Assembly: GCA_049700655.1 (NCBI GenBank)
Contig: JBNAUV010000002.1
Span: forward strand, 1 to 42,435
Direction: 5' to 3'
Origin: Minisyncoccales bacterium
GTDB taxonomy: Bacteria > Patescibacteriota > Minisyncoccia > Minisyncoccales > RBG-13-42-11
DNA length: 42,435 bases
The position numbers and the translations under genes were made by a program. Positions within the stretch are counted from its first letter, which is position 1. Each line of letters begins with the position of its first letter. Under the pieces are notes generated by a model, which saw only the letters and a list, made by a program, of their open reading frames with translations, was not told where the DNA came from and ran no database searches. Below, one piece after another: positions 33,301-41,986 of the stretch.

Positions 33301-33948
33301 TTAAATCGGGAAATCATATTTTCTCATCCCGGCATAAGGAATTTCTAATTGCGGAATAGCTTCGTCAGGCACTTTTTCTAGATATTTCACCAAGGCGCGC
33401 AAACTATTATGACTGGCAACCACTAAAACATTTTTGCCTTTCTTTAAATCTTTCTCAATATATTGACGATAAAAAGGAATAACTCTTTGATAAGTGTCTT
33501 TTAAGCTTTCACCACCCGGCGGCCTCACAGTAAAACTGCGTCGCCACAATTGTACTTTTTCCTGACCATACTTTTTCATCATTTGCGCTTTATTCAGGCC
33601 TTGTAATTGACCATAATATCTTTCATTTAAACTTTCGCTAACATAAACAGGCCAATAGTTTTTATTTATTTTGTGAAAATGCCCCCATTCTTTCATTCTG
33701 CCTTTAAGATGAATAAAAAGCGGATATTTCTTTTTATCTAAATTTTCTAAAATTTTTAAAACTGTCATTTTGTTTCTAATTAAAGGCGAAGTATAAATCA
33801 CATCAATCTTTTTTCCTTTTAATTGTTGAGCCACTTTTTTTGTTTCCCGTAAGCCTACCCGGCTTAAGGGCACATCAACCCAGCCGGTAAAACGATTTTC
33901 TAAATTCCATTGGGATTGTAGGTGACGAACTAAAATTAGTTTGGGCAT
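33301..33948 (-). CDS. gpmA: Phosphoglycerate mutase family protein (dPGM-like)
   Basis: LILVRHLQSQWNLENRFTGWVDVPLS and a C-terminal SHNSLRAL. The usual RHG is RHL here. Confidence 0.75.
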   Translation of the reverse strand: MPKLILVRHLQSQWNLENRFTGWVDVPLSRVGLRETKKVAQQLKGKKIDVIYTSPLIRNKMTVLKILENLDKKKYPLFIHLKGRMKEWGHFHKINKNYWPVYVSESLNERYYGQLQGLNKAQMMKKYGQEKVQLWRRSFTVRPPGGESLKDTYQRVIPFYRQYIEKDLKKGKNVLVVASHNSLRALVKYLEKVPDEAIPQLEIPYAGMRKYDFPI

Positions 33949-33957
33949 AAATTTATT

Positions 33958-35160
33958 TTAAATATTTAATTTATTTTCTATTTGAACTAAACGCTGATAT
34001 TTGATCATTCTTTCTGGCGGATAAGGCGCGCCGGATTTTATAAAATCAGCGCCAAGACCCACAGCTAAATCAGCAATAAAATCATCTAATGTTTCGCCAG
34101 AACGATGAGAAACCATAATGCGCCAGCCAAAGGAACGAGCTAATCGCACGGCCTCTAAAACTTCAGAAACTGTGCCAATTTGATTAGGTTTAATAATCAC
34201 TCCTGAACAAGCTTTTTTTTGTTGAGCCAATCTAATTCTCTGCGGATTAGTCACGGTTAAATCATCGCCAATAATCAAAATATTAGTTTTCTTTTTTAAT
34301 TTAGACCAAGCTGACCAATCATGTTCAGCAAAAGGATCTTCGACGGAGATAATGGGATATTTCTTAATTAAACTCAAATAATAATTAATCAAACTATCAA
34401 CATCAAATTTTCCAAATTTAGTTTGATAATAACCACGTTGATAAAATTGTGAAGCGGCCACATCTAAAGCAATCTTAATTTTTTCTTTAATGCCGGCTTT
34501 TTTGACAGCTATTAAAATTAATTCAATGGCCTGTTCCGGTTGTTTAATAGGTGGCATAAAACCACCTTCAGCGCCCAATTTAATGGCTATAGAACCGAAT
34601 TTATCCAATAAAATCTTTTTTAATTGCTGATAAACTTTAATTCCGATTTTTAAATTTTCTTGAAATGACTGGCTTTGTGGCGCTAATAAAAATTCTTGAA
34701 AATCTAAACCATTTTCAGCGTGCGCTCCGCCATTAATGATATTAAAACAGGGTTTAGGTAATTTTGTTTTCTTTCCTTGGTAAAGAAGTTGAATATATTG
34801 ATAGAGCGGTAGTTTTTTTAAAGCAGCGCCAGCCCGACAAACTGCTAAAGAAACAGCTAAAAGAGTATTGGCGCCCAACCGACTTTTATTTTTTGTGCCA
34901 TCTAATTTAATTAAAAATTGGTCAATTTTTTCTTGTTGGGTTAAATCCCAATTTTTAAAAAGAGGTGCAATAATTAAGTTAATGTTTTTGATGGCTTTCT
35001 CTACTTTAACTGGTTTAGCCTCAAAACGGCCAGCTGATGTGCCAGCTGGCACAGCTGACCAGATTCTTTTCTTGCCCAAAATTAATTCCACAGCCAAAGT
35101 CGGTCTCTTTTTTGAATCTAAAATTTTCTGCGGCTTAATTCTTACTGTTGATTTAAACAT
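33958..35160 (-). CDS. eno: Enolase (divergent)
   Basis: ILDSKKRPTLAVEL, NGGAHA, and SHRSGETLDDFIADLAVGLGADFIKSGAPYPPERMIKYQRLVQIE. Confidence 0.85.
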   Translation of the reverse strand: MFKSTVRIKPQKILDSKKRPTLAVELILGKKRIWSAVPAGTSAGRFEAKPVKVEKAIKNINLIIAPLFKNWDLTQQEKIDQFLIKLDGTKNKSRLGANTLLAVSLAVCRAGAALKKLPLYQYIQLLYQGKKTKLPKPCFNIINGGAHAENGLDFQEFLLAPQSQSFQENLKIGIKVYQQLKKILLDKFGSIAIKLGAEGGFMPPIKQPEQAIELILIAVKKAGIKEKIKIALDVAASQFYQRGYYQTKFGKFDVDSLINYYLSLIKKYPIISVEDPFAEHDWSAWSKLKKKTNILIIGDDLTVTNPQRIRLAQQKKACSGVIIKPNQIGTVSEVLEAVRLARSFGWRIMVSHRSGETLDDFIADLAVGLGADFIKSGAPYPPERMIKYQRLVQIENKLNI

Positions 35161-35675
35161 TGCAAAGAATAAAAAGGTATGTCAATTATCCGACCCTCAT
35201 TATAAAACTTTCCAATCATACCCCAAAAGTCTTTTTCAAAATCGCTCCAATTATAAGGTCCTAAAGAGGCTACAATATCTTTTCGGCAATCAGCCTCTCC
35301 ACCCTCTAACTCATTCTCATCTATAGCATAATATTTTCCCCAAGGATCAAGAATCGCGCCACCTAAGCCCAAGGCCTGAAAACTGGCTTCCATAGTTTGA
35401 CGACACTCTTCGCATTGAAAATTACAGCTTACTGTCGAACAACTACAAACTGAACAATTATTCTTGGTAATATCTTTTAAAACTTTATCTTCATTAATCC
35501 GGGCAATTTCAATTGCTTTTCTAATCGTAGCCAAATCTGATTGCATTTTAGCGATTCTGGCTTTTTCCCGCGCGTTCTGAATATTCACAAAAACCACTAA
35601 AGAAAGAAGTCCAATAATAGCAATCACCACCAAAAGTTCAATTAAAGTAAAACCATTTTTATTTTTTAATAGCAT
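35142..35675 (-). CDS. Type IV pilin / pseudopilin-like protein with a Cys-rich insert
   Basis: Class III signal and methylation site KNG|FTLIELLVVIAIIGLL. The globular part contains CSVCSCSTVSCNFQCEEC. It overlaps both neighbouring genes by 17-19 nt. Confidence 0.8.
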   Translation of the reverse strand: MLLKNKNGFTLIELLVVIAIIGLLSLVVFVNIQNAREKARIAKMQSDLATIRKAIEIARINEDKVLKDITKNNCSVCSCSTVSCNFQCEECRQTMEASFQALGLGGAILDPWGKYYAIDENELEGGEADCRKDIVASLGPYNWSDFEKDFWGMIGKFYNEGRIIDIPFYSLQCLNQQ

Positions 35676-36591
35676 GTTGGCGTAAATAATTTACGGCAGA
35701 CAAAGCAGCCTTAGCGCCTTCGCCAGCCGCAACAACAATCTGTTTATAAGGCACATTATCCGCATCGCCAGCCGCAAAAAGGCCGGGCGTGTTTGTCTCG
35801 CCAGTAAAAGGATCGACCTTGATTTCGTCTTTTTCATTAAATTCTGCCAAACCTTTAACAAAAGCAGTGGCTGGCTGGGTGCCAATTTCAATAAAAATAC
35901 CATCTACCGGCAATTCTTTTTCTTGTTGAGTTTTTCTATCTAAATAAACTAAACTTTTAACCATTTGCTCGCCTTTGATAGTTTGGCTTTTAGCGTTTAA
36001 AATTAGTTCCACCTTGCCGGTTTTTTGGGCTCGTTCCTGATTTTCCGCATCTGCTATAATTTTATCGCCATATTCTAAAATATAAATTTTCCTCGCCCAT
36101 TGGGCCAAAGCAACGGCTGCCTCAAAGCCAGCATTGCCACCGCCAATTATTGCCACTGTTTTATTGGCAAACAAAGGCGCGTCGCAAACTGTACAATAAC
36201 TGACGCCTCGACCCAAAAATTCTTTTTCACCAGCAATTTCCAATGGCCGCGGATCAGCGCCAGAACAAACAATCACTGCTTTACTTTTAAAATTCTCTTT
36301 TTCTTTGGTAGTAATGATAAATTCATCACCAACTTTCTCAACCTTTTTTACTTCACCAGTTTTTATCTCAATAACTTGTTTCCTTAAATGATTTTCTAAT
36401 TTTTGAATTAATTCTAAACCGCTAATTTCTTCAAAACCGGGATAATTCTCAATCTGCACAGCCTTGCGGGCAATCTGGCCGCCAAAACCTTTGGTAATTA
36501 AAAGAGTTTTAACTCGCTGCCGCGCAGCATAAATTCCTGCGGTAATGCCCGCTGGTCCGCCGCCAACAATGACTAATTCATAATTATTCAT
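35659..36591 (-). CDS. Low-Mr thioredoxin-reductase-like flavoprotein lacking the NADPH HRRxxxR motif
   Basis: VIVGGGPAGITAG (FAD), redox CTVCDA, second GGGNAGFEAA dinucleotide fold, AAGDA. Where E. coli TrxR has HLIHRRDGFRA, this protein has IYILEYGDKIIA. Confidence 0.8.
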   Translation of the reverse strand: MNNYELVIVGGGPAGITAGIYAARQRVKTLLITKGFGGQIARKAVQIENYPGFEEISGLELIQKLENHLRKQVIEIKTGEVKKVEKVGDEFIITTKEKENFKSKAVIVCSGADPRPLEIAGEKEFLGRGVSYCTVCDAPLFANKTVAIIGGGNAGFEAAVALAQWARKIYILEYGDKIIADAENQERAQKTGKVELILNAKSQTIKGEQMVKSLVYLDRKTQQEKELPVDGIFIEIGTQPATAFVKGLAEFNEKDEIKVDPFTGETNTPGLFAAGDADNVPYKQIVVAAGEGAKAALSAVNYLRQHAIKK

Positions 36592-36603
36592 AGATTTAGA
36601 AAA

Positions 36604-37881
36604 TTAATGAGTGGCACAAGAAATACAGGGATCGTAAACCCTGATCAACGACCTGATTTTTTTAATTTTTTCTTTTGGCGATAGATTCATAATTTGCGGT
36701 AAAAAAATTTTTAAATCTTCTTCTAAATTATTCAAAAATTGTGCTGTGGGAGTAATAATATTGCAATTAAGAATGCGGCTATTTTTATCAATCTCAAAAT
36801 AAGTGAAAAGAGTGCCGCGCGGCGCTTCCATGGCTGATAAACCAGAACCTTTATTAATTTTAACCTCCTTAATCTCTTCTGACAAATCTAATTGAACCAA
36901 TTTTTCAATTAATGCTTTACTCAACTCTAAAAAGTGTAAAATTTCAATGCCTTGCGAAAAAAGATTATAGAAACGATTTTGGAAGAATTCCTCCTTGGTT
37001 AAATTTTGTTCTTTTAAAAATTTTTCCAATTGCGACCGGGCAACTTGATTTAAATTCTGAAAACTATTTTTAATTCTGCCAGCCGCACCCAACATATAAA
37101 CCTTACCTTTATATTTGGTTCTTTTCACTGGTGGAATTTTCAAATCCTCTTCGATTTCATTGGAATAAAAATCTCCAATCGACATTACTTCTTGACCAAT
37201 TTTAACTCTTTCTGCTCGATAAAAAGCGTAATCCTGAGGCATAAATAAAGAAAGGTAATCGGTTGATTTTAAAAGTTGCGGATAATTAATTTTAGCCAAA
37301 GTTTCAATCAAAAAAAGAGCTAACTCAAAAGTAGCTGGATAATCAGCTAAAACCTTTTTTAATTCTTTTTTATCGGGATATCGCCGAAAACCGCCAATAG
37401 TTGGCGTTACTGGATGGACTTTACGACCGCCAATAATTTTAGTAATGGTCAAAGCAAAATCTCTAATTTTAATCGCTGCCTCGCTTTCTTTTTTAAATTT
37501 TTTGAATAAATCTAAATCATTTTCAATATTCAGAAAATCAGGCAAAGACATAAAAAACAAATGCAAAGCATGACTATGAATAATTTGACTGGCTAAAAAC
37601 AATTTTCTTAATAAGGTTGTAACTTCTGAAACTTGAATTTCCAGGGCTTTTTCTAAAGATAAACAGGCGTTAAGAATGTGTACTACTGGACAAATCCCAC
37701 AAATTCGTGAAACCACAATGGGCACATCCTGCGCTCTTCGCCCCACCAAAATTCCCTCGATCTGCCGCAAACCCAGTTGCGTAGTTAATTTCAATTTTTT
37801 AATTTGGCCAGTTCTGGCCACCTCGGCAAAAAAACCCATCTCACCTTCAATTTTATGAATATGTGGAATGCTAACTTTCAT
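36604..37881 (-). CDS. [NiFe]-hydrogenase large subunit (short, group-3-like)
   Basis: N-terminal RICGICPVVH (RxCGxCxxxH) and C-terminal DPCISCATH (DPCxxCxxH), which is followed directly by the stop codon. Confidence 0.85.
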   Translation of the reverse strand: MKVSIPHIHKIEGEMGFFAEVARTGQIKKLKLTTQLGLRQIEGILVGRRAQDVPIVVSRICGICPVVHILNACLSLEKALEIQVSEVTTLLRKLFLASQIIHSHALHLFFMSLPDFLNIENDLDLFKKFKKESEAAIKIRDFALTITKIIGGRKVHPVTPTIGGFRRYPDKKELKKVLADYPATFELALFLIETLAKINYPQLLKSTDYLSLFMPQDYAFYRAERVKIGQEVMSIGDFYSNEIEEDLKIPPVKRTKYKGKVYMLGAAGRIKNSFQNLNQVARSQLEKFLKEQNLTKEEFFQNRFYNLFSQGIEILHFLELSKALIEKLVQLDLSEEIKEVKINKGSGLSAMEAPRGTLFTYFEIDKNSRILNCNIITPTAQFLNNLEEDLKIFLPQIMNLSPKEKIKKIRSLIRVYDPCISCATH

Positions 37882-38626
37882 ATTTTGCTATATCGTCTTT
37901 AATACCAAAAATTTCTAAATTTTCCTCTAGTTCTTCAGATTGAGGCAAACTTTTGACCAAAGCCAAATAATTTTTAATATTAGCCTCTTTCAGTAAACCG
38001 CGACAACCTAAACATAATAAACCATTATTTGGGCAAACCGCTTCGCAACCAGCTAAAGTAACTAAACCTAAACAAGGTTTCTTTTGGATCAAAAAGCAAT
38101 CTTTACTACCTCGCCGAGAACATTCAACACAGACTGGTTTGGAAGGAATTTGCGGAATCTCTCCTTTAATTAATTGCTGGCCGTATTGCAAAAATTCCTC
38201 GCCATTAATTGGACAACCCGGTATGACAAAATCAACTTTAACAAAGTTATCTATCTCTTTAATTTCCGGATTAGCGATATTTTTTAATTTTTTATAAATA
38301 AAACGAATAGTTTTTTCTTTCCCTTGATAATTTTTCATTTCCGGAATGCCACCCAAAGCTGCACAATTACCCAAGGCAACTAAAATTTTTGCTTTTTTTC
38401 TGACTTCTTTTAAAAACTTTATTTCTTCTTTATTAATTGGCACTCCCTCCACAAAAACCACATCAATTTTCCCTTTGGGAAAAGGCCTATCTTCAATCAA
38501 GGCAAAATCAACCAGCTCCACTTGTTTTAAAAAATCAAAAAGTTTTTTACCTAAATCCAAAAGAACAAATTGACAACCCTCATCAGAGGTTAAAGAAACA
38601 ATGGCGACTTTTGCCTTTCTGACCAT
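37871..38626 (-). CDS. [NiFe]-hydrogenase small subunit (NuoB-fold plus extra Fe-S Cys clusters)
   Basis: SDEGCQF, LGNCAALGGIP and IPGCP (proximal cluster ligands), then CVEC...C...C...GC..VCP...C..C. An 11-nt overlap links it to the large-subunit gene. Confidence 0.8.
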   Translation of the reverse strand: MVRKAKVAIVSLTSDEGCQFVLLDLGKKLFDFLKQVELVDFALIEDRPFPKGKIDVVFVEGVPINKEEIKFLKEVRKKAKILVALGNCAALGGIPEMKNYQGKEKTIRFIYKKLKNIANPEIKEIDNFVKVDFVIPGCPINGEEFLQYGQQLIKGEIPQIPSKPVCVECSRRGSKDCFLIQKKPCLGLVTLAGCEAVCPNNGLLCLGCRGLLKEANIKNYLALVKSLPQSEELEENLEIFGIKDDIAKYES

Positions 38627-38658
38627 ATTTATTCAATATAACATAAAAAAAGGAAAGG

Positions 38659-39303
38659 TCATAACCTTTCCTTTTGATTTAATTTTTCAATTAAAAGTTC
38701 ATCAACCACATTTAGATATTCAACCTCGTTTCTGTCTAAAATTTCTCGCCCCTCTCCCCAATGAAAAGAAACCAAATCGCCTTCTCTTACTTTTTTTAGC
38801 AAACCTTTTTTCATTATTAAATCACATTCTTCTTTAAAAATTTTTTTCTGATTAGAAATTAAAAGAGCTATTTGTACTCGCAGTTTGTCATTCTTTATCT
38901 CTTTAACCTTACCAACGGAAATTTTACAAGAATTCAAATTAGCCAATATCGCTGGCCAGCCAAAATGTTGAGAAAAAATTTCTGCATCGTTTAAAATGAC
39001 TAAATTATGATGAGGTAAATTGGGAGTTAAAAATCTGTCTAACAATTCATTGCCCAGCCAATAGGCTTTAATGACTGGCCAAGAAAATGGATCTTTAATC
39101 TGGCATTTCGTGGCAATCTTTACATAATAAAAAAATGGTTTCAAATAAATCAATCTTGCTTTTAATTGTTTAGTAATTTTATCCGATTTCGACGATTTCG
39201 ATTGTAAAAGAGCGGCCAAAAGAGCACAAATTTCTAACTCTTTGGCTTTAAGACAGGCCCCATAAGAATAACGGGCTGCCAACTCCACACCATTTCTTTT
39301 CAT
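38659..39303 (-). CDS. Hypothetical protein with a HypC/HupF-like C-terminal segment
   Basis: SD-like aaaggag upstream. The C-terminal part CKISVGKVKEIKNDKLRVQ...VREGDLVSFHWGEGREILD resembles HypC (C-x-[GA]-I-P-G-x-V...GD.V.VH.G.A). The N-terminal ~125 aa are unassigned. Confidence 0.45.
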   Translation of the reverse strand: MKRNGVELAARYSYGACLKAKELEICALLAALLQSKSSKSDKITKQLKARLIYLKPFFYYVKIATKCQIKDPFSWPVIKAYWLGNELLDRFLTPNLPHHNLVILNDAEIFSQHFGWPAILANLNSCKISVGKVKEIKNDKLRVQIALLISNQKKIFKEECDLIMKKGLLKKVREGDLVSFHWGEGREILDRNEVEYLNVVDELLIEKLNQKERL

Positions 39304-39342
39304 TTTTTCTCCTTTCGTTATTTATTTAATTTATACTATCTA

Positions 39343-39554
39343 ACCAATTCAGTAACCAAAGAGCGAGGACGACCTTGCCGAAGGGTGTATATCGCAGCCG
39401 AGCCCGCCACAAAGCCTTGTCTTTCAGTTAAGGGTCTGGGAGGCTCGGCGAGATATAGCAGCGCCAGGAGATATAACCTTTTATTACCTTCTTACGGCGA
39501 CTGCGTGCTCCCTGAGGCAAGGCGTCCGAGCGATTAAATGTTACCAAATTGGTT
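39343..39554. ncRNA. GC-rich structured intergenic element; candidate ncRNA or leader, class unresolved
   Basis: A GC-rich island in an AT-rich spacer. The ends pair (aaccaatt/aattggtt, gtaac/gttac, ccttgcc/ggcaagg, with tandem G-A mismatches). Inner hairpins are tatatc-gc-agccgagcc/ggctcggc-ga-gatata and gcagcgcc/ggcgactgc. Together these suggest a three-way junction. Confidence 0.5.
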
Positions 39555-39565
39555 GGCAATTATAT

Positions 39566-40432
39566 TTAATTTTTAATTACTTCTGGTATGGCCTCAATTA
39601 AATCAGTAGCCATTAATCCTTCTTTTAATTTATTCGCTGCTCGCTCGCCTGCCCGATCATTAATATAGATGCCAGCCTGCGCTGCCTCAAATACATTCAC
39701 GCCCCGCGCCAACAAAGCGCCACAAATGCCAGCCAAAGTATCACCGCAACCGCCTACTGTCATATAAGGACTGCCTGCTCGATCAATAGCTGTTTCCTGA
39801 CCATTGGAAATAATATCTACCGGTCCCTTTAATAAAATAGTGGTTTTTAAACGGCCCGCTTCTTCTTCCACTGCTTTAATTTTTTCTGCTTCTGATAATT
39901 TATCTACCCGACGACCAGTTAAAACAAAAAATTCATAACTATGCGGTGTAAATAAGAAATTTTTGCCAGTAATAATTTGCTGGTTTTGACCAACTGCATG
40001 AATAGCATCAGCATCAATCACGGCTGGCACATCAATTTGCGACAGATACTCTCTGATCGCCTCTTGTGTTTCTCTGCTTCGACCCAAGCCGCCGCCAATA
40101 ACCACAGCTATCTTGCCATAAGATACAGCCTTGGCTGACTCGGTCATGGCTAATAAAGTTGAGACAGATTTCTTGGTTAACCATTTTTCATCTAAGGGAT
40201 AAGCTGCCAAATCAGGTGAAAAACTAGCAATAATATCAGCCGCTCTTTTTGGCGCAATAATTCTGACCATATCTACGCCGGCCCGAAAAGCTGCTAGGGC
40301 TGACAAAGCCGGTGAACCAGAATAAAAATCAGATCCGCCAATCACCAATAAAAGACCGAAGTCGTATTTCTTGGCCTCTTTTGGTCTGGGTGGATAAATC
40401 TTTTTTAAAATTTGTTTGGTTATTTTGATCAT
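39566..40432 (-). CDS. nnrD: ADP-dependent NAD(P)H-hydrate dehydratase (YjeF C-terminal type)
   Basis: GGSDFYSGSPALSALAAFRAGVDMV, LLKGPVDII, and GGCGDTLAGICGALLARG. Confidence 0.8.
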   Translation of the reverse strand: MIKITKQILKKIYPPRPKEAKKYDFGLLLVIGGSDFYSGSPALSALAAFRAGVDMVRIIAPKRAADIIASFSPDLAAYPLDEKWLTKKSVSTLLAMTESAKAVSYGKIAVVIGGGLGRSRETQEAIREYLSQIDVPAVIDADAIHAVGQNQQIITGKNFLFTPHSYEFFVLTGRRVDKLSEAEKIKAVEEEAGRLKTTILLKGPVDIISNGQETAIDRAGSPYMTVGGCGDTLAGICGALLARGVNVFEAAQAGIYINDRAGERAANKLKEGLMATDLIEAIPEVIKN

Positions 40433-40451
40433 TGTTTTATTATTTTATTTT

Positions 40452-41867
40452 TTATTTATTATTAAAAAATTTTTTTCTTAAAAAAGCAGGTGTTTCCCAA
40501 ATTTTTTCTTTCTCAATTATCTCTTTTTCCATCTCCTCAATTTCTCTCTTAACCTCTAATCCATTCCTTCTTATTTCTTCTTTATTTTTTATCTCGCTTG
40601 GCTGATCTTGTTTACTCGTTTTTAAATCAACTTTTATTTTTATCTTTTGTCCAGATGAGCTGGTTTTTTTCTGTTTTCTCTTGGTTGTTTTTTTCTTTGT
40701 TTTTAATTTTGTTTCTTTTTTGGCTTCAACCGAAAGAGATTTCTTCGGAGGTTTCTTTGGACTTGCTTTCTTTTTTGTCTTTTTATCTTGTTCTCCGTTA
40801 CTTAAAAATTTGGCTCCACAGCCAGTGGCCAACAACATAATTTTTATCTTATCAGATTGTTTTTTGTTTGGCGCCACGCCAAAAATAATTTTTGCTTCAG
40901 AACTAGCCAATTCAGCAATTGATTTAGAAATATAATTAACATTGGCTAAAGAAATATCTTTCTCGCCAATAATGTTAAACAAAACACCTCGGGCTGATCG
41001 CATGGTATAAGGATAAAAGGGCGAATTTAACACTTTAATAATTGCTTCTTTAATTAAATTATTCTCCTCTTTCTTTTTTTCATTGCGTGAAACTTCAACA
41101 GTATTCAAATAAGCCAGACGTCCCCGACCCTGCAAAATAGTTCTAAAATCAGCAAAATCAATATTAATTAAACCGGGCCCATAAAGAGTTTCAATTAAAC
41201 CGCCCAGGCTTTCAGCCAAAAACTTATTAATGGCAGATAGGGCTTCTTTTAATGGAGTATCTTTATCAATAACCTGAAAAACGCGCTCATTGGGAATAAT
41301 GCTTAAAATATTTAAATGATTTTTTACTTCTTTTAAAGCATTAAGGGCGATCTCCATTTTCTTTTCCCCTTCAAATTTAAAAGGCAAGGTAAAGATACCA
41401 TAAGTAAGATTACCCAAGTTTTTACAAACTCTGGCAAAAGTAGTAATAGCGCCAGAACCAGTGCCGCCACCCAAGGCAGCAACCAAAATACATAAATCTT
41501 GGCCTTGGCAAATTTTTTTAATTTTTTCTTTTTCACTCTCAGCCGCTGCCCGGCCCAATTCCGGATTCATGCCAGTTCCTAAATGATGGGTTAAATTCTG
41601 ACCAAAAAGAAATTTTATTGTCCGCCGGCTACCAATTTTTAATGCCTTCAAATCAGTGTTGGCTAAAACAAAACTGGCTTTGCCAATCTGCCCAGCAATC
41701 TCAGAAACAATATTACAACCGCCACCACCCAAACCAATCAATCTAATTTTAGTTCTCTTAATAGTATCGCCCTCTAATTGAGTTTTTTCTGGTTTCAATT
41801 TCTTAATCGGCTGGCTAATCTTCTTTTTTATCTTCTTTTTTGGTTTTTTCTTTATTTTTTTGGTCAT
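40452..41867 (-). CDS. ftsZ: Cell division protein FtsZ with Lys-rich N- and C-terminal extensions
   Basis: GLGGGGCNIV and GGGTGSGA tubulin signature, plus a long KKxK-rich tail. Confidence 0.9.
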   Translation of the reverse strand: MTKKIKKKPKKKIKKKISQPIKKLKPEKTQLEGDTIKRTKIRLIGLGGGGCNIVSEIAGQIGKASFVLANTDLKALKIGSRRTIKFLFGQNLTHHLGTGMNPELGRAAAESEKEKIKKICQGQDLCILVAALGGGTGSGAITTFARVCKNLGNLTYGIFTLPFKFEGEKKMEIALNALKEVKNHLNILSIIPNERVFQVIDKDTPLKEALSAINKFLAESLGGLIETLYGPGLINIDFADFRTILQGRGRLAYLNTVEVSRNEKKKEENNLIKEAIIKVLNSPFYPYTMRSARGVLFNIIGEKDISLANVNYISKSIAELASSEAKIIFGVAPNKKQSDKIKIMLLATGCGAKFLSNGEQDKKTKKKASPKKPPKKSLSVEAKKETKLKTKKKTTKRKQKKTSSSGQKIKIKVDLKTSKQDQPSEIKNKEEIRRNGLEVKREIEEMEKEIIEKEKIWETPAFLRKKFFNNK

Positions 41868-41873
41868 TATTAA

Positions 41874-41902
41874 AGTATAACCTTATAAAAATTTTTGTCT
41901 AA
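41874..41902 (-). promoter_or_regulatory. Candidate promoter TTAGAC-17-TATACT, 6 nt upstream of the ftsZ ATG
   Basis: Minus strand reads ttagac aaaaatttttataaggt tatact ttaata ATG. Confidence 0.4.
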
Positions 41903-41940
41903 TTTTATATAATTATAACAAGAAATAATTAATAAATAAA

Positions 41941-41972
41941 GAAAAAGATCTCTCGCTATAGCGAAAGATCTT
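41941..41972 (-). terminator. Intrinsic terminator after the 41987..42283 gene
   Basis: Minus strand: AAGATCTTTCGC-tata-GCGAGAGATCTT followed by tttc-ttt. Confidence 0.6.
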
Positions 41973-41986
41973 CTAAATTTTCTAAA

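Noticed and set aside
34868-35326. A 152-aa plus-strand ORF, plus other plus-strand ORFs antisense to eno, the hydrogenase genes, ftsZ, ppsA and the 32224..32868 gene.
   Set aside because: They are antisense to well-supported conserved genes, with low-complexity Phe/Ser/Leu/Lys-rich translations and no start-site signals.
39343-39554. Whether the GC-rich element is a cobalamin riboswitch (CCCGCCAC and GCCAGGAGA strings on the plus strand).
   Set aside because: The GGUG...AAUCC core and the GACCUGCC end of the B12 box are missing. No plus-strand gene follows, and the ~35-bp closing rod is atypical. It is kept only as an unclassified structured-RNA candidate.
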